Assembly (NCBI RefSeq): GCF_003918875.1
Contig: NW_025767231.1
Location: 62,001-126,000, forward strand
Source of the DNA: Haliotis rubra
Lineage: Eukaryota
Reading direction: 5' to 3'
DNA: 64,000 bases
Of the stretch, positions 25,890-40,000 are shown piece after piece. Position 1 is the first letter of the stretch; the number at the start of each line of letters is the position of its first letter. The notes below the pieces were generated by a model. The model worked only from the letters and a program-made list of their open reading frames with translations. It did no database searches and was not told the DNA's origin. Made by a program: the position numbers and the translations under genes.

Positions 25890-26168
25890 TTTAAACGGCT
25901 TCAACGGGTGGATCTGTTTTTTAAGTTCCCAGTCCGCTGGCGTCAATTTACAGATACCTCCATTTCTGCAACAGTTGGTTGTGTGTAATGTCTCAACACC
26001 ACGTCAAGGTAACATGGGGTTTCCCCGTGCAAACTCCTTTCTCGCTATTAGGATTCGCTATCCTGAAAAACTAGAGATGGTGGCCTGTTAGGAGTACGGA
26101 ATAGAGGCACGTTTAGGGTTTCTTATTTAAAGCAATACACTAAGACACATGTTCTTTTTGTTAAACAG

Positions 26169-26208
26169 AAGATATGCCTATAAAAAAATTGCAAAGTAAC
26201 CAATTATG

Positions 26209-26278
<70 letters not shown>

Positions 26279-26349
26279 TTTAAAGATATATGTATTATAT
26301 TAAAAAAGATATGCCTATAAAAAAATTGCGAAGTAACCAATTATGCTCG

Positions 26350-26408
<59 letters not shown>
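26169..26408. repeat. Duplicated ~50-bp unit, each followed by (CA)n/(GA)n microsatellite
   Basis: AAGATATGCCTATAAAAAAATTGC.AAGTAACCAATTATGCTCGTACACA at about 26169 and 26306. Confidence 0.85.
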
Positions 26409-26409
<1 letters not shown>

Positions 26410-26717
26410 TTACTGGTTCAGTTTGGATGCAACCGTAATACTTCTGTTTTACTTCACTTAAAACCAGAGACCATATAATAGATTATATTATCTATTATAT
26501 GGTCTCTGATAAAACTAACGTAGTGCTTTCGCTTTTTGAAACTCATCGTCTGTGCGCCGTGGGTTTCATGTTCATAGAAGTGTCGCGGAACAGTTGCGAG
26601 ACATTTAATATTCATCAATGGACAGGATCATCTTCACCTACTTTTTAAAGCACCAGGCTTTAATAGTGAAAAATGACCACATTGGTAATCATAAAACCGC
26701 AATGTAAGCCCAGGGAT

Positions 26718-26927
26718 CCGTGAAGATCCGGGTTGGAATTGATCTTCAGTAACCCATGGTTGTCGTAAAAGGCGACTAACGGGATTGGGTGGTCAGGGTC
26801 GATGTCATCGTATCCCAATGCTGTTGATCACTGGATTGTCTGGTCCAGACTCGATTATTTACAGACCGCCGCCATATATAGCTGGAATATTGCTGAGTGT
26901 GGCGTAAAACTAAACTCACTCACTCAC
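26718..26927 (+). mobile_element. SINE family B, near full length
   Basis: CCGTGAAGATCCGGG...GGTCCAGACTCGATTATTTACAGACCGCCGCC...GGCGTAAAACTAAACTCACTCACTC. Confidence 0.85.
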
Positions 26928-26934
26928 TTTCCAG

Positions 26935-27155
26935 GTAAGCCTGGAAGGCACAGCTGTCCAAGGTCTACAGACAGGAGGCGGTAAAACCCTGGACCTACGT
27001 TTTCGAAGCCCTCCTAGTATTAAGATGGTCGTAAGTGCCATACATCAACATTAACTTACGACTGTCTTAGCTCTAAGAGCGCTTCGAAAATCTAGGCCCT
27101 GGCTGATATGGAGGGGCTTGAGGTGAGAAATGTCGGAGAAAATATGTCCCTGTGT
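26935..27155 (+). pseudogene. Partial copy of TSFM exon 4 (parent 48882-48992) with its acceptor, interrupted by a MITE
   Basis: After removing 26992-27101 it reads [37 protein letters not shown] versus parent [37 protein letters not shown]; 11 differences in 111 nt. Confidence 0.9.
26992..27098. mobile_element. Palindromic MITE, PIF/Harbinger-like
   Basis: About 45-bp imperfect TIRs G(A/G)CCTA..TTTTCGAAGC; 3-bp CTG TSD, confirmed against the uninterrupted TSFM exon. Confidence 0.8.
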
Positions 27156-27781
27156 CCCTACTCAATTAGGCCCGGGACTTAAATTCGGGAATTGCACATA
27201 CTGAATGAAAAGGAACAGGCACAGTTTGATATTAATGTTTCTCATGCACTAAAATGTTTTCTGCTATCTTTAAAGTCACATGGAACTTCTATACTATATT
27301 TTTACTGGAATAGTGTTAAACAAGTCAACTGCACTGGTTTGTTTCACTAAAAGTCCTAAGTCAGACCTTTATCACACTCAGAGAGTTGCGGAATATGTCT
27401 GATTAAAAAGAATTCCAAGTTGATAGAAGTGTTAGTCTGTGTGAAGTATCTTGCCTGTCTACTGAGTTCCGAACACATGGAAATCCCTGGTTGCACTATG
27501 GACGTAGTATATACCGACGTTCGCAATGTGCTTTTATCAAGGAGCATCACTCCAAACAATAACACTGAAAATCTTAATTTAGCCCCACGGGCATAGAACG
27601 GAGTGAAATCACGATTTTAGGCCTATGGGCTCAAATACAGGAAATCCATCACTGTGTGATGTGCCCTCATCAAGGCAACCATATTCGGTTAGAGCAACTC
27701 TTGAATCGACACACCGAAGTGCCACATGAACAACTTATACTATCTGGGCGGTGACCAACTACTGGCATGGCATGACCGTAG

Positions 27782-27942
27782 GACTGACTGACTGACTGAG
27801 TTCGGTTTTACGCAGCTTTTTAGCAATAGTCCAGCAACATCACGGCGGGGGACACCAGAAATGGGCTTCGTGCACATTGCCCATGTGGGGATTCGAACCC
27901 GTGACGAGCTAACGCTTTAACCACTAGGCTACCCCACCACCC
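27782..27942 (-). mobile_element. tRNA-derived SINE family A, with small internal deletions
   Basis: Same head and tail as 4971-5146; TSD CATGACCGTAGGA. Confidence 0.88.
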
Positions 27943-28119
27943 CCATGACCGTAGGAAACCGGCTGAGGAAGCACACCAATGGTCACACGCCTGGGAAACA
28001 ACACAGTTCATCTAATGGTAATTTGAATAATCTACAGTACCCGGATGACAACGTCCGGAATTCATGATGGTTCACCTTTTGTGTTGTGCAAATGACAGGA
28101 TTAGAAAAAATAAACTAAT

Positions 28120-29880
28120 GTTATTCATTTGTATAGCGCTGATTTCCAATGTAGCACTGCTCAAAGGCGCTGTTGTCCATGAGTCTACATTTATGTTTTG
28201 TTGTAGTGGGCACAAAACAAAGGAGTCTTTAGTTTTGATTTGAAGACATCCAGCATCGGACTTGTTCTGATCTCTTCTGGCAAATTGTTCCACAGCAATG
28301 GTCAAGCAATTGCGAAAGATCTGTCACCGTAACTCTTGGTTCTGGATTTGTGCACTTTAAGCAGATGTTGAGTGGTAGATCGCAGGGTGCGGGGAGGTTC
28401 GTATGGCTGAACAGATGTAAGCTGGAGCAAGATGAAACTGTTTTTGTATACAATTTTTTCATCTTGCTCTCATCGGTCAAGCAATGTAGGGACTATAAGA
28501 GCGGACGTGACATGTACGTATTTGCTAGCTCGATGAATAACCTTGGCTGCTGTGTCTTGTATCGGCTGAAGTCTCTCAAGTTGATGTTTTGGTAAGTCAT
28601 ATATAGGAGGGAATTACAGTAGTCAAGCTGTGAGATAACTAGGGCCTGCATAAGCGAAGCAGAAACATCCTTACTGATGTATTTTCTGACAAGCGAACTA
28701 TTCCTGATATTTGCATAGGCCCGTTTGCAGACCTGTTTGGTGTGCAATCGAGGCTGAGAGTCGAGTCAAAGTGCACAGCAAGATTTCTCGCATCTGAACT
28801 GGGAGTGATGATGCCAATCACCAATGGTGATGGTTGGGATCTTCAGTTTATATGCAGTTGACTTTGGCACAGAATCAAGAGTTCTGTTATCGTCATTTAA
28901 CTTTAAATAGTTTTCAGCCATCCATGTTCGTATGTCGCTGATGCAGCTGGACAACGTTTAGAATGCAGAGTTGAGTGAAGAATTTTGGAGAGGCTTGAAG
29001 GCGTGTCATCCGCATACAAATGAAAGGCCAGTCTATATTATCTGGCTATGTCACCCATGGGAGCAGTGTACGTGTATACCGCAAAGAGCAACGACCCTAA
29101 AACGGACCCCTGGGGTACACCGTATTTGAGCTTGACCTTCCTTGAGGTGTGACCATCGATAGAAACGTCTTGATATCTTTCTGATAAGTATGATGGCATC
29201 CACTTCAGAGCATTGTCATTGAGTCCACATCTGTGTCCAAGAGCTAAAAGAAGAGTGTCATGCTTCACCCGTGTTAATTGCTGCGGACAGGTCAGCCGGT
29301 CCATCCCGGTCCACAGCCTCAAGATCATTGTACACCTGCAGAAGCGCTGTTTCCGTGCTGTGACATTCTCTGTATGCCGACTGCATGGGCTCAAAAGATC
29401 CATTTAGCAGCACATGTTCTCTGAGTCTAGAGGCAACTACTCGTTCTGCGAGCTTTGAGATGTAGCTTAGATTTAACACCGGACGGTAGGTTTTGAGCAC
29501 TTCTGGGTCCAGATGAGGTTTTTTAAACAGTGGTGATAACAGCGCTGTTTTTGTCTTTGTTGGTGCGACACTTTCAGAGAGAGAGAGAGAGACAAGATAA
29601 CTATGTTTGTACAGCAGGTGTTGCAACTTCAACATTTTATTTTAGGATCCATGTTGGAATAGGGTCAAGCTGGCAGGATTTACAAGGGCTTTTTCTTATC
29701 AAATGCGGAGCCTCTGCTTCAGTAGCTGGTCTGTAGTTGTAGAGATAAGATTGTATACGTGATGCTTGTATTTCCAATGCTGATCTCTGACGAATACTTT
29801 CAATATCCCAATATATGGTATTGACCTTTTCAGAAAAGAAATCGCAAAGGATGTTACATCAGTTGAATCAGGGAGACTAT
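28120..29880 (-). mobile_element. Decayed L2/CR1-type LINE (reverse transcriptase region and 3' end)
   Basis: Frameshifted RT motifs: KTYRPVLNLSYISKLAER, QSAYRECHSTETAL, GVPQGSVLG, HLYADD (about 29005-29022), WMAENYLKLN, LDYCNSLL; 3' end GCGCTATACAAATGAATAA. Confidence 0.85.
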
Positions 29881-31417
29881 ATTGTAGAGTATGCCTGGTT
29901 GAATGTATATCTTGTACTTGGGCTCTAGGCCTTACTATCTGTACCTGGATAAACGTGGATCCCGTGGGGTTTTAGCCTTGAGGTTGTTGAGAACTTTTTG
30001 TAAAATTAGACTTCTAAAATATTTCATTTTTTTCACTTGAACAGAAATATTTATGCTTACTCCACACAAAACTCACAAGAGTAAAGGATGGCATGTGAAT
30101 GGGCATGTGCGCAATACTTGCTGAACATTGCTATAACATTGCATAATTTCAGGTCGTAGATGATTGGTGACTATCTTGAAAGTAAGGTGACCTGACGTTT
30201 CGTTGAACAGCTTCTTTGCGTCCCCATTTAAAATAAGCAGTGACAATGCACAACAGTATCTTGTGGACTGGACTGTGTCTTATGAGGAAATGACCTGCGT
30301 GGAACGTTAGAAAAAGCGCATCACATTGTTCTCATGTGGGAGTCAACCACATGCCCATAGAATACTCTCACCAGATGACTACCAGAATCTGTACCTCAGC
30401 CTTAGTCGTATGTAATGATAGGTAGGTGTATTTCAGTTAAAACATAACATTTTGGCTATTGAAATGGTGTAGTACAGTGCAAGTTCAGATAATTACTTCA
30501 GAGCCTGGAATGAATCAATGGTCATGTGGATACTGATCATGACTGATGGGTGAAATAACAGACAGATAACTAATTTTGTGTGTCTCTCCGGATGGTGAAT
30601 TTTGGGTTTTGTCCATTCTCTACATTTGTGCCTACTGGACCCACATTTGTGCCTGGCGTAAAAACCCTGATCCACTCTGCAAGGTCCACTGATAACATCA
30701 AAAAGCTACCATAAGCATACATGTTGGTGGTTTCAAAACTACATGTCAAACCAGGTCATGTCTGGAGCCTGGACTGATGCAAGTAGGGTACAATTTGGTG
30801 TTGCATGTAAACAGTCCTTTCTACTGAAACAGTCCTGTGCCTGAAATAGTTGGAGAATAATCGCATCTTCAGCAGGGGATGAGGAAAGTGCTCATAATTG
30901 GGATAAGCATAGCAATAACATTCAACAAAATTTGAAAACAAAATTTTGAAAAACTTTTTTATTTACAGCAACTTATTTGATGTATTTATTCAAACGCTAA
31001 ACAAGCATGCTTCGCACCTTGAAACATACATATTACACACCATGTACACAGTTATAGACAAATAACACTGCTCTGCTTATTAGTATACACATTATTAAGG
31101 TGCATCTAGATGCCAGTAGAACACTTGTCACTGACAGGGTAATATGGCATGTACACAAATACATAAGCCTCACGGACTCACAGTAGAAACATGTAGTAAT
31201 GTAATTAAATAATTGATCATAATGTACATACACCTTTAATGTCAAAGGTATTATAAAAAATAATACATTTTTCGAATTTCTACAAGTGCTTGTGAAAAGA
31301 GGTTTAACGTTTTAGATATGTTTTCACAACCTAATCAAGATTACTTACACAAATTATGAAAGGAGAAATGATTACCATTACAGTAAACACAATAAATCTC
31401 AGTTTATCCAGGAATAC

Positions 31418-31561
31418 ATAGGCGGATCCAGACGGGGGTGCACAGCCCCCCTTTTGTCCTGAAAGTTTATTAAATCAAAGGTGGATCCATTTGGTCTCAG
31501 GTGGAAATGAACTAGAGCACACACACACACCCCTTTTCTTAAAAAGCTGTATCCACCCTTG
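31418..31561. mobile_element. Possible degenerate hAT-like MITE in the putative CASC3 3' UTR
   Basis: Imperfect TIRs AGGCGGATCCAG / CTGTATCCACCCTTG; TSD not evident. Confidence 0.35.
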
Positions 31562-32690
31562 AAATAAAAATATTCTAAATATTTTCTCAAAACACACCAT
31601 ACACTTGTCATCTAGAAGATGGTATGATTGCTCGAAGAAAACCCTTTTCAAAGCAATGCTATTTCAATTACCAACATGATGTGGTAAAACTATCTTCTTA
31701 ACTCATGCCACAAATCATTGAGGGTAACTAAACAAAATGCATACAACAATGTAATACGTCATTGAAACCACAAAGTTGGGGAATCACTGTTCCAAGTGAT
31801 CAGTTCATCAGACCAAATCAGTATGAACACTTAACCCCATCAATGTCTTATGAAACCTGGACCAGAAGTACCCCTATATTTTATCTCAATACATGCATTG
31901 TTTAAGTTCTGTATACATACTTTCTATAAGAAAACTACAAAAATACATGGAAGACCTATGCTTGTAGTAAGTCTCGGGAACAAAAATGTTATTTTCCAAA
32001 AACAACATGCATATACTGCCATTATGCAAACTTTCTAACATAATATTCACTCATATTACTTCAGGATATGTATCCAAGTGTCACCATAGATGTGTCATAA
32101 GTGGCTTCACTAACAGGACAACAAAGGATAATTTTACACTTGAAAAAATAGTTTCTTCATAAAGTTTCACCAGATTGCTGTTTGTTAAATCTAGCTATTT
32201 AATCCTACTCAGATTAAATTCAGACTGAAAGATCAATTTCTAAGGTTAACATAATATATATAACAGATTTCTTTTGTTGTATTTTGTAATTTAATTGTAA
32301 TGCATGGCAAATGATATTCCATGTTATATTTATTCCTACCTAGTTTGTGACAGTAGAAGAAAACCTAACAATACACTCATACACATATGTGAATACAAGA
32401 CCATAAAATGATCATTTTAAAGGATATAGTTACATTAAGTCATTCACACAAGATAATTCTATTACAACTTAAATTGATATTTAACACATCAGCATGATTA
32501 TAAGGCAATTCATAAGACAAAATAAAACAAAGAAATGAATCATAACCTTACACATCAATTCTTATGACCAATTGTAGATGCATCCCAGTATTGTAGTAAG
32601 AAGTCATAACTTCATCAGAGTGAGTTGGAATCCTTAGTTATCGAGTGTATTGAAACCCCATTCTATCTTGATCAATACCCTATACATGTA

Positions 32691-33155
32691 CAGAGGTACA
32701 GATAAGCTGCGTATTTGCGTAAATTACGCAAATATTTATGTGAAATCTCAATTCCTTTCAAGTCTGTTGCGTACAAGTACGCTTCAATTTTTGTAAATAC
32801 TCAATAAATGCGTTCTTACATGCATACACACAAAAATGTCAAATCTTAGCTTGCGTACATGTGGATAGAGAAAATAATTGAGGTATATTTAGAGTTTCTA
32901 TTTCAGGACATGAACTTGACAGCTTGCAGCCTTTCTTAGCGTTTCTCATATTACAGATCAAATATAAACAACAACCACTAACATTTAAACTTGATTATAT
33001 TTTCAAATTTCATGGAAAATGTCAAAATACCCAATTGAGCCTGAGTGAGGTGAGTACAATTTATTTGGTTACTCAAAGGAAAATTAGGATACCCAATTGA
33101 GCTGAACAGAAGCGAGGACATGAGTCAATGACCCAAAAAGTTATCTGTAGCTCTG
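32691..33155. mobile_element. Non-autonomous DNA element with CAG termini
   Basis: TIR CAGAGGTACAGATAA / TTATCTGTAGCTCTG; ends related to 45142-45981. Confidence 0.6.
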
Positions 33156-34064
33156 ATATAGCTTCAATTTGACATCCTCAGCTCCACCACTAAACACGGA
33201 CATTCCCTCACACATGAACTTGAAATAATCAACCAATCCAATCACTACTCCTGTACACTGGTTCAGCATAGCTCTATATCCAACTTTCCTCATCCCAGTG
33301 ACCATGCAATATTTCTTTGTATATGATTGTTAAGCTGGAGATGGTGATTTCTTTCAATGGGTAGAGGGAAGACCCCTTACTTCAAGGTGTTCCAGGTTTA
33401 CAGCAGACAAGACTAGCACTGATGTTATCGCTGCTTGTTTAAATCACCCAAAAAATCCAGTGTAATCAGAATGGATGTCTTGATCTAGCATCCTGTCATT
33501 GAATCTAACCAAAAATAGATATGGTGGCTGACGGGTGCAAGGAATATATCACAATAAAATGGGTATACACTAATTTCACAAGGATACATGGTGTTGGCAA
33601 AATTCCATTTGGAAACTTTCCATGTTATCTCTTCCGAGTTAATTGTTGTAACAAAGTCGAAATATTTTCTGACAGAACCAAATATACTTGATAAAACTGC
33701 AATTTCTCTCAACACCATTGAGGCAAAAGCTAAACAAGGACATTAAGCACAGATTTATGATATGCCTCTCACACAACTAAACATACCTCAAATTCAAAAT
33801 TCTTGTCATGCTCTTAGACAATGAAAAATACTGAGCTGCATCATATTCATATTCAAAGTAAAAATAAAAGTCTGGGAACAAAATCAACTTATGTGTTAGA
33901 ATTCATAAAACCATCACAAAGAATGTTTAATAACACTTTAAAGTACACTTAAAATCCTTTCGATACAGACAAAACAACATCCAAAATGCTTCTCAGTAAA
34001 TGCAACATAAGCTTGAAAAATCATGTAGAACATTCAACTGTGGGACCCTAGATCACCGTTCACT

Positions 34065-37000
34065 TCAATTGCTGGCTTCAACAGCAGTGGCAGGAACTGA
34101 GACATCTGCTTCTGATGAACCTTCTTCCATCTCAATCTTCATCTGCATCTTTGAGCCTCCATACTGAGATGAGTCACCACCTGCATCCACCGCAGAATCA
34201 ATCTGAGAAACTGATGGCTTTATATCTGCAACCTCAAAATCTTTTCTCACACAAAATTCTTGCACTTGAGGTTTTCTCCTCTCATCATCTTTAACATCAG
34301 TGCTCTGTGCAGGGTTTGAAGTGTCAGTTTCATTCAATGACACATGTTCCAAGTCTCTTGTTATTTCTACTGCTACGTTTGGTACACTTTTTGAAACACT
34401 GGAACTACTTTCCAATATATGATCTTGAGAGTGAGCAATTGCTGTAAGTTTGTCCTCTGGTATTCTAGGTTCACTTTTAGTTTCTACCAAATGTTGACTA
34501 ACTTCACTGGCATCAGTGTCAGTAGGATGACTGAACATGATTCTAGGCGAGTCTTCAGTAGTTTTACTTAAGTGATCAGAAGAAATCATATTCTGATCTG
34601 GTTCAGAATTTGCATCACTGATGTTAATGTCAGTTGATTGCACAAATGAATCGCTCTGTTGGTTATTGCTAGCACTGTGTTCTTGTGAGGCTTTGTATGT
34701 AGCACTCTCATAGGGAGGTAACTCGGCCTGTTGAGAGTATGCTGTCAGGCCAGGATCTCCATCACCATCACTACTGTCAGGAACTGGAGATAAATTTGTC
34801 TCCCCTTCCCTGTCCATTTCAGCACCAACAACTGGATGACCAGCCCGTGATGACTCTTCCCTCTCATAAGCAGTCCTTCCATTCTTCTTGTGCTCCTGTG
34901 ATGTAAAATCATTTATCCATGTAAAATATCAGAATATCCTCTAAAAGCAGAAATACTTGGTTATGTGTTCTGTGCCATGGCATCAGAACTGGACCATGAA
35001 GACATTGAAAACATGTACCTACTACAACCATACACAAACTAGACTGAAACATGTTTGAAGATTTCAAGAACTGAAAAGGCTGAATACAAATTAGGGACAA
35101 ATACACGTTACTTACAATAGGGTTTACTATAGGTATGGCAGCCTTAGGTCTCTTCTGCGGTGATCTGTTAGGACTTGGCTGCTGCAACTCTGGGGCATAG
35201 TAAGTGGTGCCACCTCTGAACAATTCCTGCCCTGTGTTGCTTGGAGGAGCAGGAGCAGCTGCACCCTATACAAAGAAAGACAAATACTGATACAGTTTGG
35301 GTCTGACCATCACTATTTCACACAACTTGAAGCTTGAAGATAAGATTAAGTACATATTATTTATAGACATATGATTTGCTCTTTTATTTTGACATTCTAT
35401 TATCTGCACAAGATAATTATCACTGAAAATTAATTGACCGGTCAGCATTTCACAATTTTAGATGCAGAAGGGTACTGATGTTGTTATATCTGAAAAGACA
35501 ATCATATTTTTTAGATCAAATGAAGGCTGCAGCAGATCCTTTAAATGTTATACCTGCTGTGGAGGGGGAGGCGGAGGTGATGGGAATCCAACTGTCATTG
35601 GGTATGGTCCTGGGGGAGCCCCATACACAACCTGTGGCACTCCAGGAACACCTGTCCCCAGGAACTGTGGCTGTATGATGGCAGAGGGTGCAGTCATGGT
35701 GACGGCTGGGGCAGGGCCTGGGGCATACAACCGTGGGGGGACATTTGGCAGACCCGCTGTAGACACTGGAACATACCACAGATTGTTAAAGAATGTGATG
35801 TAACAAGCATTTCATTTTACACCTGAAATGGTATGATTAGGTCAAAGGTCACAACAAAGGTATTTTAAATGAAACACAATATTTTACATGTCTGAAGATC
35901 TTATCTATGACGAGGATTGTCCATTTCCCATGGAACAAAGCACTGAAAACCAATTGCCTGGCTAGAATGGCCTACCTGGTAGTGGAAAGCCCATGGGAGG
36001 CTGTAGTATTGTTGTCTGGAAGCCAGCTGTGTCTTGGGGCTGAGGCTGAGGGAGACGTGGAGGTGATGGCTGTGGTGGTTGTGCAACAGACTGCTCAGGG
36101 CGGTACATAGGTGGAGTGTAGGCTGGGGCAGCTGCAGGGAGAGAGGACAGGGAGGGTGAGCGTGCAAGGCATCAACACTAATGTGTCTGCTTACTCAACA
36201 TATCTTACTCATCAAACATACCTCATCAGGACTACCATGCTCATAGAACAACACCTTTACACTATAATAATTAGAGAGCAATAAACTTTTGAGTCCTTAC
36301 CAGGATTGTAATATGTTCCACTGTCTACAGACACCTGATCTGAGTAGTTGACATCAGGGATGTTCCTCTGCCGCTGAGAGGAGTAACGTTTAGGTCGACT
36401 CTGCTGCGCCATGTCTGGTTTAGCAGCTGTGTTCTGAAGGCGTGGGGGGAACTGCTGTTTGTCAGCTATTTTACTGGAACCACTTTGCTGGGCTGCTGCT
36501 GTAAGGGTCAATTACAATAAGGATTAGATATGACCATGTTCTGCTAGTCCTCGACTATAGATTATCTAGAGGGGAAAGACAAATCAATTATGTATGAATT
36601 TCTCTCCATTAACCTCACATTAAGTAACTGTATCATGCTATACACAAAACTTCCACATTTACCACTTAAGTGTAACGTTTAACTTACTTTATGTTCAGAT
36701 ACACATACCTCGACCATTGTTTTCCTCTGGTGGGGCCTTTGCAGGACTTTCGATGGCCATAGATCCAACATTGGGGTCAATAGCATTAACCACTGTGTCC
36801 TGCACCCTCGTTCGACCTACAACTTTACTGCGGCGATCCTTAGAATAGGATTTCTTCTCCGTGGTAGTGTTTGTAATCGTCACACTTATAGTTTGAACAT
36901 TTTCTTTGTTGGAGATGATAACATCCTGACTCTGAGACTTCTCCTTAATTTCAGAAGAGTCTGATTCACGTTCTACTTGAGGGTCTTGATCTGCATCCTG

Positions 37001-40000
37001 TCCAGGGTTTTTCAACGTAGTGTTTGTAAACTCTCTAGGTGATGTGGACTGGCGGGGCCGACTTGGAGCAAATGATGTTTCTGGGGAGTCAGAATATCTG
37101 CCTCTATTGCCCCTGCCTCTTCCTCCACGACCACGCCCTCTTCCCCGAGAATTATCCATATTATTCCTCTGTACGTAATCTGATTGGTATTGATTGTTGT
37201 AATCAGAATGTCCCCTGTAGCCAGATCGTGAGTCCGCTTGGTTTCTGTAATCCTGTGATTTTTCAGGAGACACTCTATAATCTTGACTAGACCTACTCCC
37301 ATAGTCCTGATTTCTGTAATCCTGGGATCGATGTTCCAGGCGATAATCCTGGGATCTGCCATCTGGGGCTTGATTACGATAATCTTGTGACTGGTTGTGG
37401 TAATTTTTGGCTCTTGTTTCATACTGAGAGCGATTATCTTGATTCCTGTAGTCAGGGCCTGTTCGGATTTCAGTCCTGTATTCTCGCGGTGACCGCATAT
37501 CATTCTCATTGGCAAGATCACTGTATGAGGTCCTGTTATCTAGCTCTGTTTTCATTCGTTGACTTGGGACAAAGTCCCCAAGTCTCCTTTGTCCTCGTCG
37601 GCCTCTAATCAAAATAGAATAAATACACTCATTGTCTGTTAATTGTTCTATTTTCTACATAACATACAGAATGAAGACAACCTATGCTAGCGTAAAGTAG
37701 GGTTTATCCCATCTTTGAAAAATATCTTTGGTTTATCAGGGCATGTCAGCTTGGTATGGGAAGAAGCGAGAAGTAATGCAGGATCTGGCCATTTCTTACT
37801 GTTGTTAAACCCATGCTTATAGGTAGTGTCAAGCCAAGGATCATAATCCAAGGTAATATGTGATCCTTATCTGCACCAGTGAGTCCTGACAAAACCAAAG
37901 CATGCAACTCATCCCCTTTCACCCATGCCTTTTGAAAACCTGTTTCAAGATGGTCCAACGAAATGTTTTGGTATGTGTGATGGTATGGTTGTAGTCAGTA
38001 TGAATAATGGAAACAAATTGTCAAACCAGCAGATTTGTCTTGTATAAAAGCTAGGAATTCATACCCTCTCTTTCCCATTCCTCGTTTAGGAGCACTGTCA
38101 GGTGGCTTATCATAGGCACGAATATCATAACCATAGATGGCTATCAGCTCTTCTCGAGACTTTGGTGCTTGCTGGTCATCCCGATAACGATCATGCAGCC
38201 ATTTTTCCTCATCCTTCCATAACTTCTTCTTTGGTCTGAAATAATTGCATACCAACAAATGAGATGGAAATCGTGAAATCTCAGCGATAAGGTGCTGGTT
38301 CCAGAAATATTTTGGGGAATTAAAGTGTAAGGGATCCTGCTTACCTTTGATCGTCTTCCTCTTCCTTCTGCTGGGTCTCCCCACCTCCATGCATGCGAGT
38401 ATCGTGCTCATAGAAGGCCCCTTTTCGAGGGATGTAAGCAGGATTCTTCCGGTCTTCATCATCATCAAGATTCTTACCATCCTCTTGCTGTTCCTGCAAA
38501 CAAGATAAAGTTGGAGGATTCAGCAGGAGCACTGATTGAGGAAATCTATAATACTATGAATTTCACAATCCAATAACTTTCTTACATATCTCTAATGATT
38601 AAAGTGATTGTTATGAACAAGAATGATGACAACCATTTCCACACATCTGTCCACAGTTAGTAATACATGTATTTGACTACTCTGTCAATGTATTCATGAG
38701 GTTGTCTGTCATATACACATTCTTCACATTAAATTCCTCCATGTTACACATAAACCATGGTTCACCGAGACCTTCATAGATTGCTGCTGGTTTAAAAGCC
38801 ATAATGTTTAGAGACCCTGATCTGATATATTAAATGATAGATGCATTACTTGATAACTAGCTTTCAACATACCTCTCCATCACCACTTTGCCTCTCTTCT
38901 TCTACCCAGCTGCCATCATCCTCTATGATGACATCATCGTCATATGCTTCTTCATCATCATCTTCCTCTTCATCATCATCGTCATCATCTGAATCTGAAT
39001 CTGTCTCTTCTGATGAGTCCGATTCTTCTTCACTATCCTCTTCATCCTTCAGTAAAGTTGTTACCAATATAGATGACCAGATATTTTTTTTACAGAAAGA
39101 GAATACTACCTATCTATGGACTTTTAAAAGTGCAAATTGCACTGAATACTTGATACTATGGCAGAACATAACCATATTATTGGCTAATACAGAATCAGCA
39201 AATTCTCTGGAACACTAAAAAAACATATCGACAACCACTAAAATAACAAATATTGGACAGGTGTTAATGTAAAATAATTAAACAGAGGAGAAAGAATGTA
39301 TTGGTTTCAGATTTCCACTATTCTGGTGACACTTTTGAAAACACATGACCTACCTCTTTTACTTTCTTTTCTGATGCACTCCCATTCTCAGAAAGCACAT
39401 CTGCAATTGGTTAACATAAGGTCAATATAATCACAAGTTAAATCTTCAACAAATTTGAGACTAGAGGTTCATGTAACAATAGTATTAATACAAACCAGAA
39501 AACTACCATGAATAATTGCACAAAAGAAATCATTTGTCTTAGCCAAGCATAAGTGTGTTCATTTACAATAAAACCCATTTAATGTTACAAAAATGACAAG
39601 GTCATTGGGTTTTTCTTATCAGTATCGCTTTCAATGATCCACGGCTTGTAGCTATAGACAAGGTTTCACATACAATTTGGTTTGTTGGACAAAGTAACTA
39701 AGTGTAAACATGTAATTACCTCCTCCATTGCCTTCTCCTTCACTTTCCTGAAAAAAAATAGACAAAAGATTCTATTTCAGAAAATAATATAGTGTGTTAG
39801 AATTGGCTTACACTAAAGATTAGCAGATCATTTAAGACCCTTTTCAGTCTCCCTGCACACATATTTGATTAATTAAAGAATGAAGCTCAAATAAGGTCTT
39901 CACAACTTGACTTTAGTGCATTAGTCAACAGCTGACAAATAATGCAACAAACAATCTGAAGGAATTATACTAAACATTCCAAGAGACACCGGTAAACTTT

